Positions 18,499 to 29,509 of a DNA stretch of 64,000 nt are shown one piece after another; positions within the stretch are counted from its first letter, which is position 1, and every line of letters begins with the position of its first letter. Location of the stretch: positions 330,453 through 394,452 of the forward strand of contig JAKACP010000001.1 of NCBI GenBank assembly GCA_021821305.1, in the 5' to 3' direction. Position numbers and translations under genes: made by a program. The notes beneath the pieces are model-generated. The model had not been told where the DNA came from. It ran no database searches and saw nothing but the letters and a program-made list of their open reading frames with translations. This DNA comes from a bacterium (GTDB lineage Bacteria; Patescibacteriota; Minisyncoccia; Moranbacterales; UBA1568).

Positions 18499-19452
18499 TC
18501 AGGCGTGCTTCAGTTCGTCGGCGATCCAGAGCGCCGCGAGTTTGTGATCGATGAACCCGCGCTCGGCTTCCCGCTCGAGTACGAGCGCCGTCTTTTCCAG
18601 GGTGTTTCCCGGTTTGTAGGAACGGGGATTTTTGAGCGCGTCGAAGATGTCGGCGGCGCGGAGAATCCAGCTCGCACGGAAGGAGGAACGGGAGATGGGC
18701 TCCAGCCCCTCCGTCGCCGGACGGTGGTGGTGGCTTTCGGCGATCTCGGCGGAGACGCGGAACCCATAGGCGCGGAGAATCTCGCCGGAGAGCAGGGCGT
18801 GACGGCCCATGATGATGCCCAGCGGAAGATCGGGGTCAATGCCTTCCTTCCGGAGTTCCTCGGCGATATCGGACGAGATCGTGCAGGAGAAGGGGACGAG
18901 GTCCTTGGCCCGGAGGTGCGGGCTCTCCGTGAGCGCCTGTGAGACCGATTCGAAATTCTTCTGGTGGAGAAACGCCTTGGCGAGCATGATCCACTCGTCA
19001 TCCGTCGTGACATCGTGGAGGATCTCCTTGGGGATGGTGACCTTGCCGATATCGTGGAGGAGTGCCGCGCGGTAGAGATCCTCCTTGGAGACGTCTTCGC
19101 GGAAGAGATGGTCGCGCAGGAAGATGCCCACCGGGCGGCGGCCGGTGACCTTGTCATATATCGATTCGAAGACGCGCAGAGCGTGCCTGAACGTCAGCTG
19201 GTCGTAGAGTTCGAGGATGGTGAGTATCTCCCATTCCTTCTCCGAGAGGAACGTGACGTGGTGGAGTCGCGGCCCGTATTCCTGCCGGATGCGCTCGCGC
19301 TCGCCTTCGTAGAGACCGCTTTCCCGGAGATGTTCGAGCAAGGTGAAATAGTCGCCGGACCGACAGACGCCCCGTGCGATCGTCTCCGGGTCCGGTGCGG
19401 TCTCCGTGGCCTGAAGCGTCATATCGCCCGTCAGTGTTGCGATCTCGGACAT
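18499..19452 (-). CDS. HD-domain metal-dependent phosphohydrolase
   Basis: LLHDIGK motif plus downstream HH...D residues. Confidence 0.6.
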   Translation of the reverse strand: MSEIATLTGDMTLQATETAPDPETIARGVCRSGDYFTLLEHLRESGLYEGERERIRQEYGPRLHHVTFLSEKEWEILTILELYDQLTFRHALRVFESIYDKVTGRRPVGIFLRDHLFREDVSKEDLYRAALLHDIGKVTIPKEILHDVTTDDEWIMLAKAFLHQKNFESVSQALTESPHLRAKDLVPFSCTISSDIAEELRKEGIDPDLPLGIIMGRHALLSGEILRAYGFRVSAEIAESHHHRPATEGLEPISRSSFRASWILRAADIFDALKNPRSYKPGNTLEKTALVLEREAERGFIDHKLAALWIADELKHA

Positions 19453-19459
19453 AGGTGGT

Positions 19460-20944
19460 TTATCTCACGAAGATCCCCGTTTCCTCGGGAAAAGTGATGA
19501 ACGAGAACGACGCGTCCCCTTGGTCGTTTCTGGTGAGAAGGTAAATACGGTCTTCGCCGAAGGAGGAGAGCGCCTGTACGAGGGTACTGCCCGTCGGAAT
19601 CGGAATCAGGGTCTCCATCTGGCGGCGATCGCGGTGGTCGAGCTCGGCGATCTTCACTTCGCCGCCTATGCCGAACAGGATGTGTTCGTAGTCTTCGGTC
19701 CACTGCGCGGAGGAGAGGGGGGAGGAGAATCGGGCGATCTGGAGGACGTCGCCGCTCGATCGGACCGGCTGGACCTCCCAGTCGCGGGTGAACGCGACGG
19801 AGATCTCGTTTTCCGAGTAGAAGAGGAGCTTCTTGCCGTCATCGGAGAACTGGACGCCTTCGACCGCGTCGCCGAGCGATATCATCGCTGGGTTTCGGCC
19901 GCCGTCGTCATTGTAGAGGATTCCCTTGCCATGGAGGTCATAGACCGCCACCCGTCTCTCGTCGTAGACCGTGAGGACCGGGGTTTCGGCCCCGAGGATC
20001 GATTCGATCGGCGGGGTGATGGGATCCGGACCGAATTCCTCCTCGTTTCCGTAGGCTGACCGATAGACGATGCCTGTTTCCGCCTCGAGGGTGTAGAGAT
20101 ATCTCTGCGAGAGATCATAGGCGGATATGCCGGAGGAGAGGAGGACGGCTCTTTTTTCGGGAAGCGATTCTTTGGGTCGGATGACATAGAGATCCGAGTC
20201 CCCGGAGAGGACGAAAAACGCCCGCTCATCGGTCGGATGCCAGCGAGCGAAGGACGGGGCCGTGATCGGCGCGATATCGCGGATATCGGTGGTCTCCCCG
20301 GTCTCCCGGTCGATGATGAGTATGGTGGCGCCCCGATCGTCCGTGACGGGGACGAGTATACGTTCCTGGTCGGACCAGGAGAGCTCGATGTTCTCGAGGG
20401 TGTTGTCCGAGAACCGGTAGCGATCGCTTTCGAATACGAGAGTGCTTTCCCCGGAGATTTTGTCGAGAGCGTTGATGAATATCCGCTCGCCTTCCGTTCC
20501 GGAAAAAAGTATCGTGGCGCCGTCCGGAGAGGGGAACGCCTGCTCGTAGCGATCCGTCGATATCGTCTCCATCGGGTACTCTTGTCTCGGAAGGATGATG
20601 TTCCAGAACTCGGTCGATATCCCGCTCCCCACGGAGATCTTCTTCTCCCAGGGCTTGAATCCTGCGGCTTCGACGCGGATGAAGTGTTCGCCGGGCTGTA
20701 TGCCGGCCACATGCATCGACTGATTGATGATATTGAGCATCCCGTTGGGGACCTTTTTCCCGTCGAGGAAGATATCCACGGTCCTCGGGTTGGACTTGAT
20801 GGTCGCCGAGCCCGTGTAGATGAAGATGCCCCGATCGGCGCTCCACCGGTAGCCGAACGTCAGGAACAGCACGAGCGCGGTCGTCGTGACGAACAGGACG
20901 ATAAGTGTCCAGGAAAGCACAAATCGGAGGCGGTCGATACGCAT
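19460..20944 (-). CDS. Membrane-anchored PEGA-domain / beta-propeller (TolB-like) protein
   Basis: N-terminal TM helix; PEGA-like IFLDGKKVPNG; repeated beta-strand-rich C-terminus. Confidence 0.5.
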   Translation of the reverse strand: MRIDRLRFVLSWTLIVLFVTTTALVLFLTFGYRWSADRGIFIYTGSATIKSNPRTVDIFLDGKKVPNGMLNIINQSMHVAGIQPGEHFIRVEAAGFKPWEKKISVGSGISTEFWNIILPRQEYPMETISTDRYEQAFPSPDGATILFSGTEGERIFINALDKISGESTLVFESDRYRFSDNTLENIELSWSDQERILVPVTDDRGATILIIDRETGETTDIRDIAPITAPSFARWHPTDERAFFVLSGDSDLYVIRPKESLPEKRAVLLSSGISAYDLSQRYLYTLEAETGIVYRSAYGNEEEFGPDPITPPIESILGAETPVLTVYDERRVAVYDLHGKGILYNDDGGRNPAMISLGDAVEGVQFSDDGKKLLFYSENEISVAFTRDWEVQPVRSSGDVLQIARFSSPLSSAQWTEDYEHILFGIGGEVKIAELDHRDRRQMETLIPIPTGSTLVQALSSFGEDRIYLLTRNDQGDASFSFITFPEETGIFVR

Positions 20945-20963
20945 AGGAGAGAGTGAAAGAGTT

Positions 20964-21154
20964 CTTAGTAACTGTACAAATTCTCATGTCGAGATGAAAT
21001 CCGAAAATTTCGAGCGAAAACCATGAACGTTGAGAAGGGATACTATCGTACCCCGACGAGACGTGAACGGTTTGCAGCCGAAATTTTCGGATTTCAGCCG
21101 GCAAGCGGAATTTTTCTTCTTATTCTTTCGGTGAGAATTTGGACAGTTACTTAG
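20964..21154 (+). repeat. Palindromic intergenic element, copy 2 (divergent termini)
   Basis: Terminal inverted repeats CTTAGTAACTGTACAAATTCTCAT / GTGAGAATTTGGACAGTTACTTAG; nested inverted repeat GAAATCCGAAAATTTCG / CGAAATTTTCGGATTTC; same core motifs as other copies. Confidence 0.7.
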
Positions 21155-21262
21155 TATGCCGGGAGTATACCACGCCCGCCCGTTCTTGAAAATCCTCTTT
21201 GACAGGGCATTTCTCCGTGGTGTACACTTCCGGAAAGGATGACTTTTTCATGATCTGCCGCC

Positions 21263-21766
21263 ATGCCGGACATACTCTCCTTCCTTCCGAGCGTCGGGCT
21301 TTCCAAGGACATCGCCAGCATCCTCTCGTTCGTGTTCCTGTTCGCCGGCGTCGCCATCGCGGCCGGCTTCGTGTTCGGGCGCAACAAGCTCGTCAACATA
21401 TTCATCAATATCTATATCGCGCTCGCCTTCACGAAGGCGATGCCCGTGGACGATATCTCGTCTTCTCCGTATGCCGAGGCCATACTGTTCGTCGTCTTGC
21501 TCGTGTTCCTGACCGCGATCGACGAGCACCTGTTCGACCTCCACATCCCGAACGCTTCCTATGATATCTTCTGGCGTCTGTTCGTGATGAGTCTGCTCGT
21601 GGTGGGAATGGTGACGAGCGTACTCGTGACACTGCTTCCGAAAAAAGCCCTCGCCGCGATCCCGTTCCCGTTCCTGACTGATTTTTTCGGCTTGCCGGTG
21701 GCGCATATCCTCTGGCTCTTCGTGCCGCTCATCCTGCTTATTTTCATGAATAAAAGGCTTCGTTAA
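21263..21766 (+). CDS. Hypothetical polytopic membrane protein
   Basis: 167 aa, ~5 TM helices. Confidence 0.4.
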   Translation: MPDILSFLPSVGLSKDIASILSFVFLFAGVAIAAGFVFGRNKLVNIFINIYIALAFTKAMPVDDISSSPYAEAILFVVLLVFLTAIDEHLFDLHIPNASYDIFWRLFVMSLLVVGMVTSVLVTLLPKKALAAIPFPFLTDFFGLPVAHILWLFVPLILLIFMNKRLR

Positions 21767-21839
21767 GCCATTGATAAGAGGGGATTCCCGTGGGATTTCC
21801 CGGGAGGGCCGGACCGGACGGCGAGCCCGGCAGGCCGAC

Positions 21840-21868
21840 TTGACAGCTTCCCGCAGGCCCCCTATACT
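21840..21868 (+). promoter_or_regulatory. Candidate rRNA promoter TTGACA-N17-TATACT ~190 bp upstream of 16S
   Basis: Seen in sequence. Confidence 0.5.
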
Positions 21869-22057
21869 TGTTAGGCAGTCTGAAGGAAGTACTGCTTCTT
21901 TTTTACTGTATTCCGCACATTTACAATCGATGGAGAAATCACAATTTTTTGTGGTTGGTCCTAAATTTCTTTGAGAAGGGTCATAGTCATCTTTGTAGGG
22001 TTTCCTTCGGGAAGCTCTACTCGGGGAAAACCTGTCTTCGGATAGATTTTCCTCTTT

Positions 22058-23549
<1,492 letters not shown>

Positions 23550-23680
23550 TAGGGAGTAAACGGTGGGTGCCGGGTTTCTCGCAAGAGAAGTCCGGAACCA
23601 ACGAAGGTCGATCGTTCCGATTCGTCGGAACGATACCTTCTCAAAGAACTGGACCAACCACAAAAGATTGTGAATCTTGA

Positions 23681-23708
23681 AAAAACACCCATAATGGGTG
23701 TTTTTTTG
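23681..23708 (+). terminator. Rho-independent terminator ACACCCATAATGGGTGT plus T7, 130 nt after the 16S 3' end
   Basis: Seen in sequence. Confidence 0.6.
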
Positions 23709-23725
23709 CTTTTCTTGAGGGCTGT

Positions 23726-23753
23726 TTGACAAACTTCCGTGACGTTATATACT
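23726..23753 (+). promoter_or_regulatory. Promoter TTGACA-N16-TATACT upstream of lexA
   Basis: Seen in sequence. Confidence 0.45.
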
Positions 23754-23791
23754 TATGAGTGAAAGAAAGGTAAACACATAAATCGGGACGT

Positions 23792-24442
23792 ATGGATATT
23801 CTCACGCCGAAGCAGAAAATCGTGTTGCAGGCGATCAAGGACTTCTTCTCCGAGAACGGGGAGATGCCGACGGTGCGCGAACTGCAGGGCCAGGCCGGGC
23901 GACTGGGGCTCAAGCTCAAGAGCCTCCGGAGTTTCTTCCTCTACTTAAACGAGCTCGAGGAAAAGGGCTACATCGAACGGACGAGCGAGGACCGGGGGAT
24001 CCGGCTCAAGGGAGTCACGAGCGAGAGTTTCCTCGACGTGCCGGTGTTCGGCATGGCGAACGCGGGCGCGGCGACGATGTTCGCGGACCAGTATATCGAA
24101 GGATACCTCAAGGTTTCCAAGAAAATCGTCCGCAACGCTCGGAGCGTCTACGCGATCCAGGTATCGGGGACATCCATGAACAAGGCCCGGGTGAATGGCA
24201 AGACCATCCAGAACGGGGACTTCATCCTCGTGGACTCCTCGTGGAATCACTATGACAACGGCGACAAGGTCTTAGTCGCGATCGACGGCCTCGCTACGGT
24301 CAAGACCTATCGGACGGTCGACGGGCGCAACATCGTCCTTCTCCCGGAGTCGACCGACAAGAAGCACAAGCCGATATTCCTCACCGACGAGGACGATTTC
24401 GTGATCAACGGCAAGGTGATCGACGTGCTCAAGATGAAATAG
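23792..24442 (+). CDS. lexA: LexA-like repressor (winged-helix plus S24 peptidase)
   Basis: N-terminal wHTH; S24 catalytic Ser in GTSM and a downstream Lys; typical length. Confidence 0.75.
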   Translation: MDILTPKQKIVLQAIKDFFSENGEMPTVRELQGQAGRLGLKLKSLRSFFLYLNELEEKGYIERTSEDRGIRLKGVTSESFLDVPVFGMANAGAATMFADQYIEGYLKVSKKIVRNARSVYAIQVSGTSMNKARVNGKTIQNGDFILVDSSWNHYDNGDKVLVAIDGLATVKTYRTVDGRNIVLLPESTDKKHKPIFLTDEDDFVINGKVIDVLKMK

Positions 24443-24558
24443 GTATCCGATGACCGTCAGATCGAAAGCGCCCTCGCCGGGCGCTTTTTCGGTTCCTGGG
24501 TATGGTATAATTCGATCGTGAACGGACACGGATCGAAACAAAGACATCATACGGAACA

Positions 24559-25749
24559 ATGAAACACGCTGGCCTCTCCCTCTATCCGCGACAGCCACTC
24601 TGGTTCCTCCTCCGCGCATCCGCGCTCGTGGTGATCGGAACGATATTCTTCCTCCTCGTCACGGGGAAGAAGCTTTTCGGGCTGTCCGGACTCGAGCTGT
24701 TCTGGGTGGTGCTCATGCCGATCGCGGTGCTCACGATGTATTTCGCGCCGCTTTTGTGGCGCAACGTCTGCCCGCTGTCGACGGTGAGTCTGTGGCACTG
24801 GTCGCTCTTCGGTCGGAGGCGGCTCGAGCGCGAGGGGATGTCGGCGCGGATACTCACCGGGTGGCGCGCCGAGGCGCACGCGTTCCTGACGAAAAACGGG
24901 CTGATCGTGTCCGCCATCCTCTTTTGGATCATCGTGCCGCTCCGGATCCCGTTCTTCAACAGCGAGGCGCAGGCGACGCTGTGGCTCCTCGCGCTCGTGT
25001 TCCTCGCGGCGGCGGTGTTCGGATCGCTGTTTCCGGTCAAGAGCGGATGGTGCACGAGCATCTGCCCGGTGGCGGCCGTCGAGAAGGTCTATGGCTTGAA
25101 TCCCGCGGTACGGGTGAAGAACAACCGCTGTCACTACCGGAACAAGGAAACGGCCGCGGTGGCGAGCTGTAGCGGATGCTCGTTCAACTGCGGCGATGTC
25201 GTCGAGCCGGAGCATGCCTATTGGCAGGCGGAGAAGGGAGGCTTGTTCCATGACACGATCAACGCGGAAATGCGCAAAGTGTTCATCGGGAGCTTTCCCG
25301 GATTCATCCTCGCCTTTTACCTCTATGCGTCGAAGATACTCGTGCTTCCGGACGGGCTGGTCGAGGGTGTGCTCGTCCTCTATATGACGTTCGCCGCGTT
25401 CATGGGGATATCGGCCCTCATATACCTGCTCGCGAAACGGCGCCTGCGGGCCGGCGCGGAGCGTCGTGAGGGGGGCATGACACCGGGAACGGTTTCCCTC
25501 TCGTATGCGGTCTCCAAACGCCGTCTCGACATGGTATTCCTCACGGTCGCGATCAATGTCATCGCCGGGTTCGCCTTCAACTCCATCGTCGGGAAAGTGC
25601 TCCCGAAATGGTTCGCGCTCACGCCGGAAACGGGCACGGCGATCCTCGCTTCGCTCATCGCGGTCTTTTTTCTCGCCTCGCTCTACAGCCTCCGCAACGC
25701 CTGGAACGAAGGTCCGATGCCGGGACAGTATCGTCCGTCGTGGTGGTAA
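24559..25749 (+). CDS. Polytopic membrane protein with NapH/CcoG-like CxxxCP motifs (putative membrane Fe-S / redox protein)
   Basis: RNVCPLS and GWCTSICP motifs plus CSGCSFNCGD cluster; ~8 TM helices. Confidence 0.4.
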   Translation: MKHAGLSLYPRQPLWFLLRASALVVIGTIFFLLVTGKKLFGLSGLELFWVVLMPIAVLTMYFAPLLWRNVCPLSTVSLWHWSLFGRRRLEREGMSARILTGWRAEAHAFLTKNGLIVSAILFWIIVPLRIPFFNSEAQATLWLLALVFLAAAVFGSLFPVKSGWCTSICPVAAVEKVYGLNPAVRVKNNRCHYRNKETAAVASCSGCSFNCGDVVEPEHAYWQAEKGGLFHDTINAEMRKVFIGSFPGFILAFYLYASKILVLPDGLVEGVLVLYMTFAAFMGISALIYLLAKRRLRAGAERREGGMTPGTVSLSYAVSKRRLDMVFLTVAINVIAGFAFNSIVGKVLPKWFALTPETGTAILASLIAVFFLASLYSLRNAWNEGPMPGQYRPSWW

Positions 25750-26444
25750 AGTAAAAGCCCCCGGAAGCGGACTCGTGTGAGTGCTTGGCGGGGGCGATTG
25801 AGGGGATACATCGTTGATGGATCTCCCGGGAGCTGAAAGGATGAAGATCCTTGCGGGCTATGGGGTGGCGGGAATGTTTCCTGCCAGAGTCTCTGTCTTT
25901 TCCTTCCGGATATTTTTCCTGTCTTTCGACGTGTGTCGCTACCGCGATGGTCCGGTTCATGGGAGAATCGGATCGTTTTTTTTGGTTGCGGAGGTTGGGA
26001 AAAACGGATGGGGGAGGGAGGGGACGGGAGACTGGGAGAGGGAGCGGATGAGTGGTGCGGGAAAAAAAGGATTCCGCGCGGATCCATCCGACAAAAGATT
26101 GTGAAAAAGCGACCGCTTCCTCCTTGCAAAAATGATCCGAAGATCCGACATTAAGGCAGAAATGATTTCTATCGCCAATGAAGGGCGAGCCTGTCGGAAA
26201 CGGATATTCCCCGAAGGGAGTGCGAGGGATGAAAGAGCGGCCCTCGCGGGCAGCATGGAAGGAAGCAGTGGTTTCGGGGAAAGCCTGTTTCCCGAAAACC
26301 GCTGCCCCCTTCACCGCATTCCGGAGGGAAAGTCACTCTATGATATCGGGAGAAACTTGTCAAGAGCGGTTTGCCGGAAAAGAAAACCAGGCTCGCCGGG
26401 GAGGCGGACCTGGAATTCGGAAGGATTCCGAAGAAACGGCCAAA

Positions 26445-26520
26445 GGGGTGACTAGAGGGAATCGAACCCTCATTCATGGTACCACAAACCATTGTCCTGC
26501 CATTGAACGATAGTCACCCC
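26445..26520 (-). tRNA. tRNA-His(GTG) with encoded G-1
   Basis: Anticodon loop TTGTGGT; extra 5' G pairing with discriminator C73. Confidence 0.7.
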
Positions 26521-26554
26521 TTCACTCGCTTCTTTTCGGAGTACTGCTTCCTTG

Positions 26555-26626
26555 TGCCCTCGGCAGGAATCGAACCTGCATCAAGGGCTTAGAAGACCCC
26601 TGCTCTATCCATTGAGCTACAAGGGC
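26555..26626 (-). tRNA. tRNA-Arg(TCT)
   Basis: Acceptor GCCCTTG/CGAGGGC; anticodon loop CTTCTAA. Confidence 0.8.
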
Positions 26627-26634
26627 AAACCGGG

Positions 26635-26707
26635 TGGGTCGTGGAGGATTCGAACCTCCGACCGTTGGCTTAAGAGGCCACTGCTCTACCAACTGAGCTA
26701 ACGACCC
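26635..26707 (-). tRNA. tRNA-Lys(CTT)
   Basis: Acceptor GGGTCGT/ACGACCC; anticodon loop CTCTTAA. Confidence 0.8.
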
Positions 26708-26910
26708 GAAACGCAAAAAAAAACGATGTCCCAGGAAAGACTTCTCACAAGATACCGTAAAAGCAGGGCTCTGTCAAACGCCGAAAATCCTGTTGACGCG
26801 GGCTCTCTTTCACGGTACAACGTATGAGTGGCTCGCCGATCATTCGGCTGAAAAACGCTCCTGTGGTGAAATGCCTGCTTGTCGGCAGACAGGGATATCA
26901 CAAGGGTGAT

Positions 26911-26982
26911 GCCCCGATAGCTCAACGGATAGAGTACCGGTCTTCGGAACCGAGGATGGGGGTTCGATTCCCTCTCGGGGCA
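26911..26982 (+). tRNA. tRNA-Arg(TCG)
   Basis: Acceptor GCCCCGA/TCGGGGC; anticodon loop CTTCGGA. Confidence 0.7.
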
Positions 26983-27001
26983 CAATAAGTTGGGAGTGTC
27001 G

Positions 27002-28303
27002 TCAGTCCTGGTCTTCCTGCGGAACGTCCTTGGGAATGGTCGCGTAGGCGGCCCGAAGTTTGGCTTCGTAGTCGGCTTTCTGAACGAGGTATTCGGACCA
27101 CTGCTTCTTGGTCCATGATTTCGGTTTTTCGGACAGTATCTCGAATTTCGGATAGAGATCGGGAGATCGGTAATTGCTCGGGAAAGCGTCGTCGATGATC
27201 ACGTTTCCCGAGGCGTCGACCACCTTCTGTGAGAAGGTCGTCTTCATGCTGCCGTCCGGATTCGACTCGAGGACGTGCGGACCATCGATCGAGACGGAAC
27301 GACCGTCCTTGGTCCCGTAGAAACGGAAGGCGAGTTGGGTTCCTTCGATGGCGGCTTGGATGAGTATGTGATTCGGCGTGTTGTTGACGAATTTTAGGTC
27401 AGGGCTGGGTATATAGATGGTGGCGTCGAAGCCGTATGGTTTGTAGTATTTCACCGGATAGGCATGATTCTTCCTGCCTGTTACCTTGAAGCCCGCGTTG
27501 ATGGCCGCGCGGAACACCGTGGTGGAGACCTGGCAGATACCGCCGCCGAATTCCGGTTCGGTCTTGTTGTATTTGATCACGAGCTCCGGCAGGTATCCGT
27601 TCGCTCCGTCGACCTCTCCGAGATATTCCACGAAGGAGAATTCCTGACCCGGCGCGAGAAGGAGTCCGTGGTACTGTTTCATCGCCCGTTTGATATTGTA
27701 CAATCGGTTTTTCGGTGATCCAGCGAAGTCGGTGACCCCTTCGCTGACGAGCTCCCGGAGTCCGAGCTTCTCCATGTCTGTCGAAGCGATCATCGGCGCT
27801 ATCTTTTCCGACGGGAGCACCGCGGTGTCCCGGCCGTCCTCGATGGCCGCAAGGATGGCGGCCGTCGCCGCTTCGGCGTCCATGCGGATGCCCTCCTCGC
27901 TCGGTTCGACGACGACGATGCGCCGTTCGGTATCCTCGCCGAACACCGCGTTTTTCGGATCCCGGTTCGCTCTCGAAACGATGGTCTCGACATAGGAGCG
28001 GACCTGCGCCGAATCGACGCGTTCGGTGACGCGGACAGCGGTCGTCTCCCGGCTCTGCCGCGACATGGTCCACTGGCAGAGGATCGGAGCCTCGCAGAAC
28101 GATATGTTCTCGATTTCCGACCGGGTATCCGATTTCGGGACGAGGATCGTGTCGACGAAGGTGAAGGAGGACAGGGTATCCGTCGGTATCTCCTCGCGGA
28201 AGGATCCCGACTCGACCGTCAATGCCGCCGCAGGCGAAGCCAAAAGGGTTCCTGCGATCAGCAGGCCGTATGAGAGCATGGTTGGGGAAGTGCGGTTCGT
28301 CAT
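27002..28303 (-). CDS. VanW-family protein with an N-terminal signal/TM anchor
   Basis: GGGICQVSTT motif typical of VanW/YoaR; SD AGGAG upstream of the MTNRTS start. Confidence 0.7.
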   Translation of the reverse strand: MTNRTSPTMLSYGLLIAGTLLASPAAALTVESGSFREEIPTDTLSSFTFVDTILVPKSDTRSEIENISFCEAPILCQWTMSRQSRETTAVRVTERVDSAQVRSYVETIVSRANRDPKNAVFGEDTERRIVVVEPSEEGIRMDAEAATAAILAAIEDGRDTAVLPSEKIAPMIASTDMEKLGLRELVSEGVTDFAGSPKNRLYNIKRAMKQYHGLLLAPGQEFSFVEYLGEVDGANGYLPELVIKYNKTEPEFGGGICQVSTTVFRAAINAGFKVTGRKNHAYPVKYYKPYGFDATIYIPSPDLKFVNNTPNHILIQAAIEGTQLAFRFYGTKDGRSVSIDGPHVLESNPDGSMKTTFSQKVVDASGNVIIDDAFPSNYRSPDLYPKFEILSEKPKSWTKKQWSEYLVQKADYEAKLRAAYATIPKDVPQEDQD

Positions 28304-28413
28304 ACCGTTTGTGTTCTCCTGATTGTAGCGGTTTTTTCGGAAATTGGGAAGAAAGACGGAAAGCCCGGTCCGACGGAACGTAGACCGGGCTAAGTAACTG
28401 AATGCGTTATCGG

Positions 28414-28992
28414 TCAGAATCCGCGGACCTGGATCTTCTTGACCTTGGTCGTGTCGGCCTTGGGGAGACGTATGGTGAGGATGCCGTTCTTGAGCGATGC
28501 GTCGGCTTTGTCCGGGATCACGTCGACCGGAAGGAGCACCGACCGGGAGAATCCGCCCCAGTAGCATTCCTGGTAGTAATAGTTGCCGTTGTCGACGACC
28601 TCCTCGTTCCGCCGTTCGCCCTTGATGGTGACCATGTCGTTGTTGATGGTCACGTCGAGGTCCTCCGGCTTGACGCCCGCGATCGTGGATTTGATGACGA
28701 TTTCCATTTCGGTCTGGTAGACGTCGATCGTGAGCTGTCCCTCGGCGTCGTTTTCGGAGGGCATGGTCTGCGGTTGGACTTGCGGCTGCATCTGGGCCTG
28801 GTAGGCCGGGGTGCTCCAGGCAGGCTGGGATTCCATGGGCATGGCCGGCTCGCTCTCGGTACGCATCGAGAACTGCGAAGTCTCTTCTTCCTCGTATATC
28901 GGGACGGAGGCGCCGTCGGAGGAATCGCCCTCATCCATGCGCTTGGCACCGGTCAGACGTTCGAAAAATGACTTCTTTTCCTTGGTAGCCAT
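28414..28992 (-). CDS. Hsp20/alpha-crystallin small heat-shock protein with a long disordered N-terminus
   Basis: C-terminal ACD with GILTIRLPK. Confidence 0.7.
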   Translation of the reverse strand: MATKEKKSFFERLTGAKRMDEGDSSDGASVPIYEEEETSQFSMRTESEPAMPMESQPAWSTPAYQAQMQPQVQPQTMPSENDAEGQLTIDVYQTEMEIVIKSTIAGVKPEDLDVTINNDMVTIKGERRNEEVVDNGNYYYQECYWGGFSRSVLLPVDVIPDKADASLKNGILTIRLPKADTTKVKKIQVRGF

Positions 28993-29044
28993 AGGATATT
29001 TCGTTTATCGCGGTTATGAGGATAGTATAGGAAATTTCGGCTTT

Positions 29045-29500
29045 CTACGCAAGGAAGACGTTGTAGAAGAAGTGGAGGAGGGTGCCGAGCAGGAATGAGG
29101 CCGGCCAGAGGAGTTTCGGGATATTCTGCCTGACGGCGTACCCGTAGAGGAGGGCGGTCACGAGATGGAGGGTGGGAATGCCGACGAGCGCCGGGACGGG
29201 CATCTCGGGAAACATGGCCCGAGCGATGAATATCTCGGTTCCGCCGAATCCGATGCCGAAAAGAACGAGGGAAAGCGTGAAGGCCGCTTCGCTCGGGAAT
29301 CTTCGGATGAGCTTTCCGATCGTCGCGAGCTTCACGGATTCCTCGATGATCGCGAAGACGAGCAGTCCGAGGAACGGTGCGAAGAAGGTCCAGTCGTTCC
29401 CGGAGGGGGCGGGAACGATTTCCGCGATGAGGCTCGCGGCGAGCTCGAGGAATCCCGCGGCGACCGCGGCGAGGACTCCCATGATGAGGTAGGTCGGCAT
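29045..29500 (-). CDS. CPBP (CAAX protease/Abi)-like intramembrane protein
   Basis: EE...K, LH....A and HFFYN motifs in TM helices. Confidence 0.35.
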   Translation of the reverse strand: MPTYLIMGVLAAVAAGFLELAASLIAEIVPAPSGNDWTFFAPFLGLLVFAIIEESVKLATIGKLIRRFPSEAAFTLSLVLFGIGFGGTEIFIARAMFPEMPVPALVGIPTLHLVTALLYGYAVRQNIPKLLWPASFLLGTLLHFFYNVFLA

Positions 29501-29509
29501 ACGATGCGG

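Noticed and set aside
24547-25251. 234-aa minus-strand ORF
   Set aside because: Antisense to the NapH-like membrane protein gene; the translation is Arg/Pro/Glu-rich low complexity.
25750-26444. RNase P RNA, tmRNA or SRP RNA in the GC-rich non-coding gap
   Set aside because: GGGAAAGTC at 26326 loosely resembles the RNase P P4 strand, but the partner strand and other universal motifs (GTAAGAGCGCACC, ACAGAACCCGGCTTA) are absent. There is no tmRNA tRNA-like end. Left as an unexplained gap.
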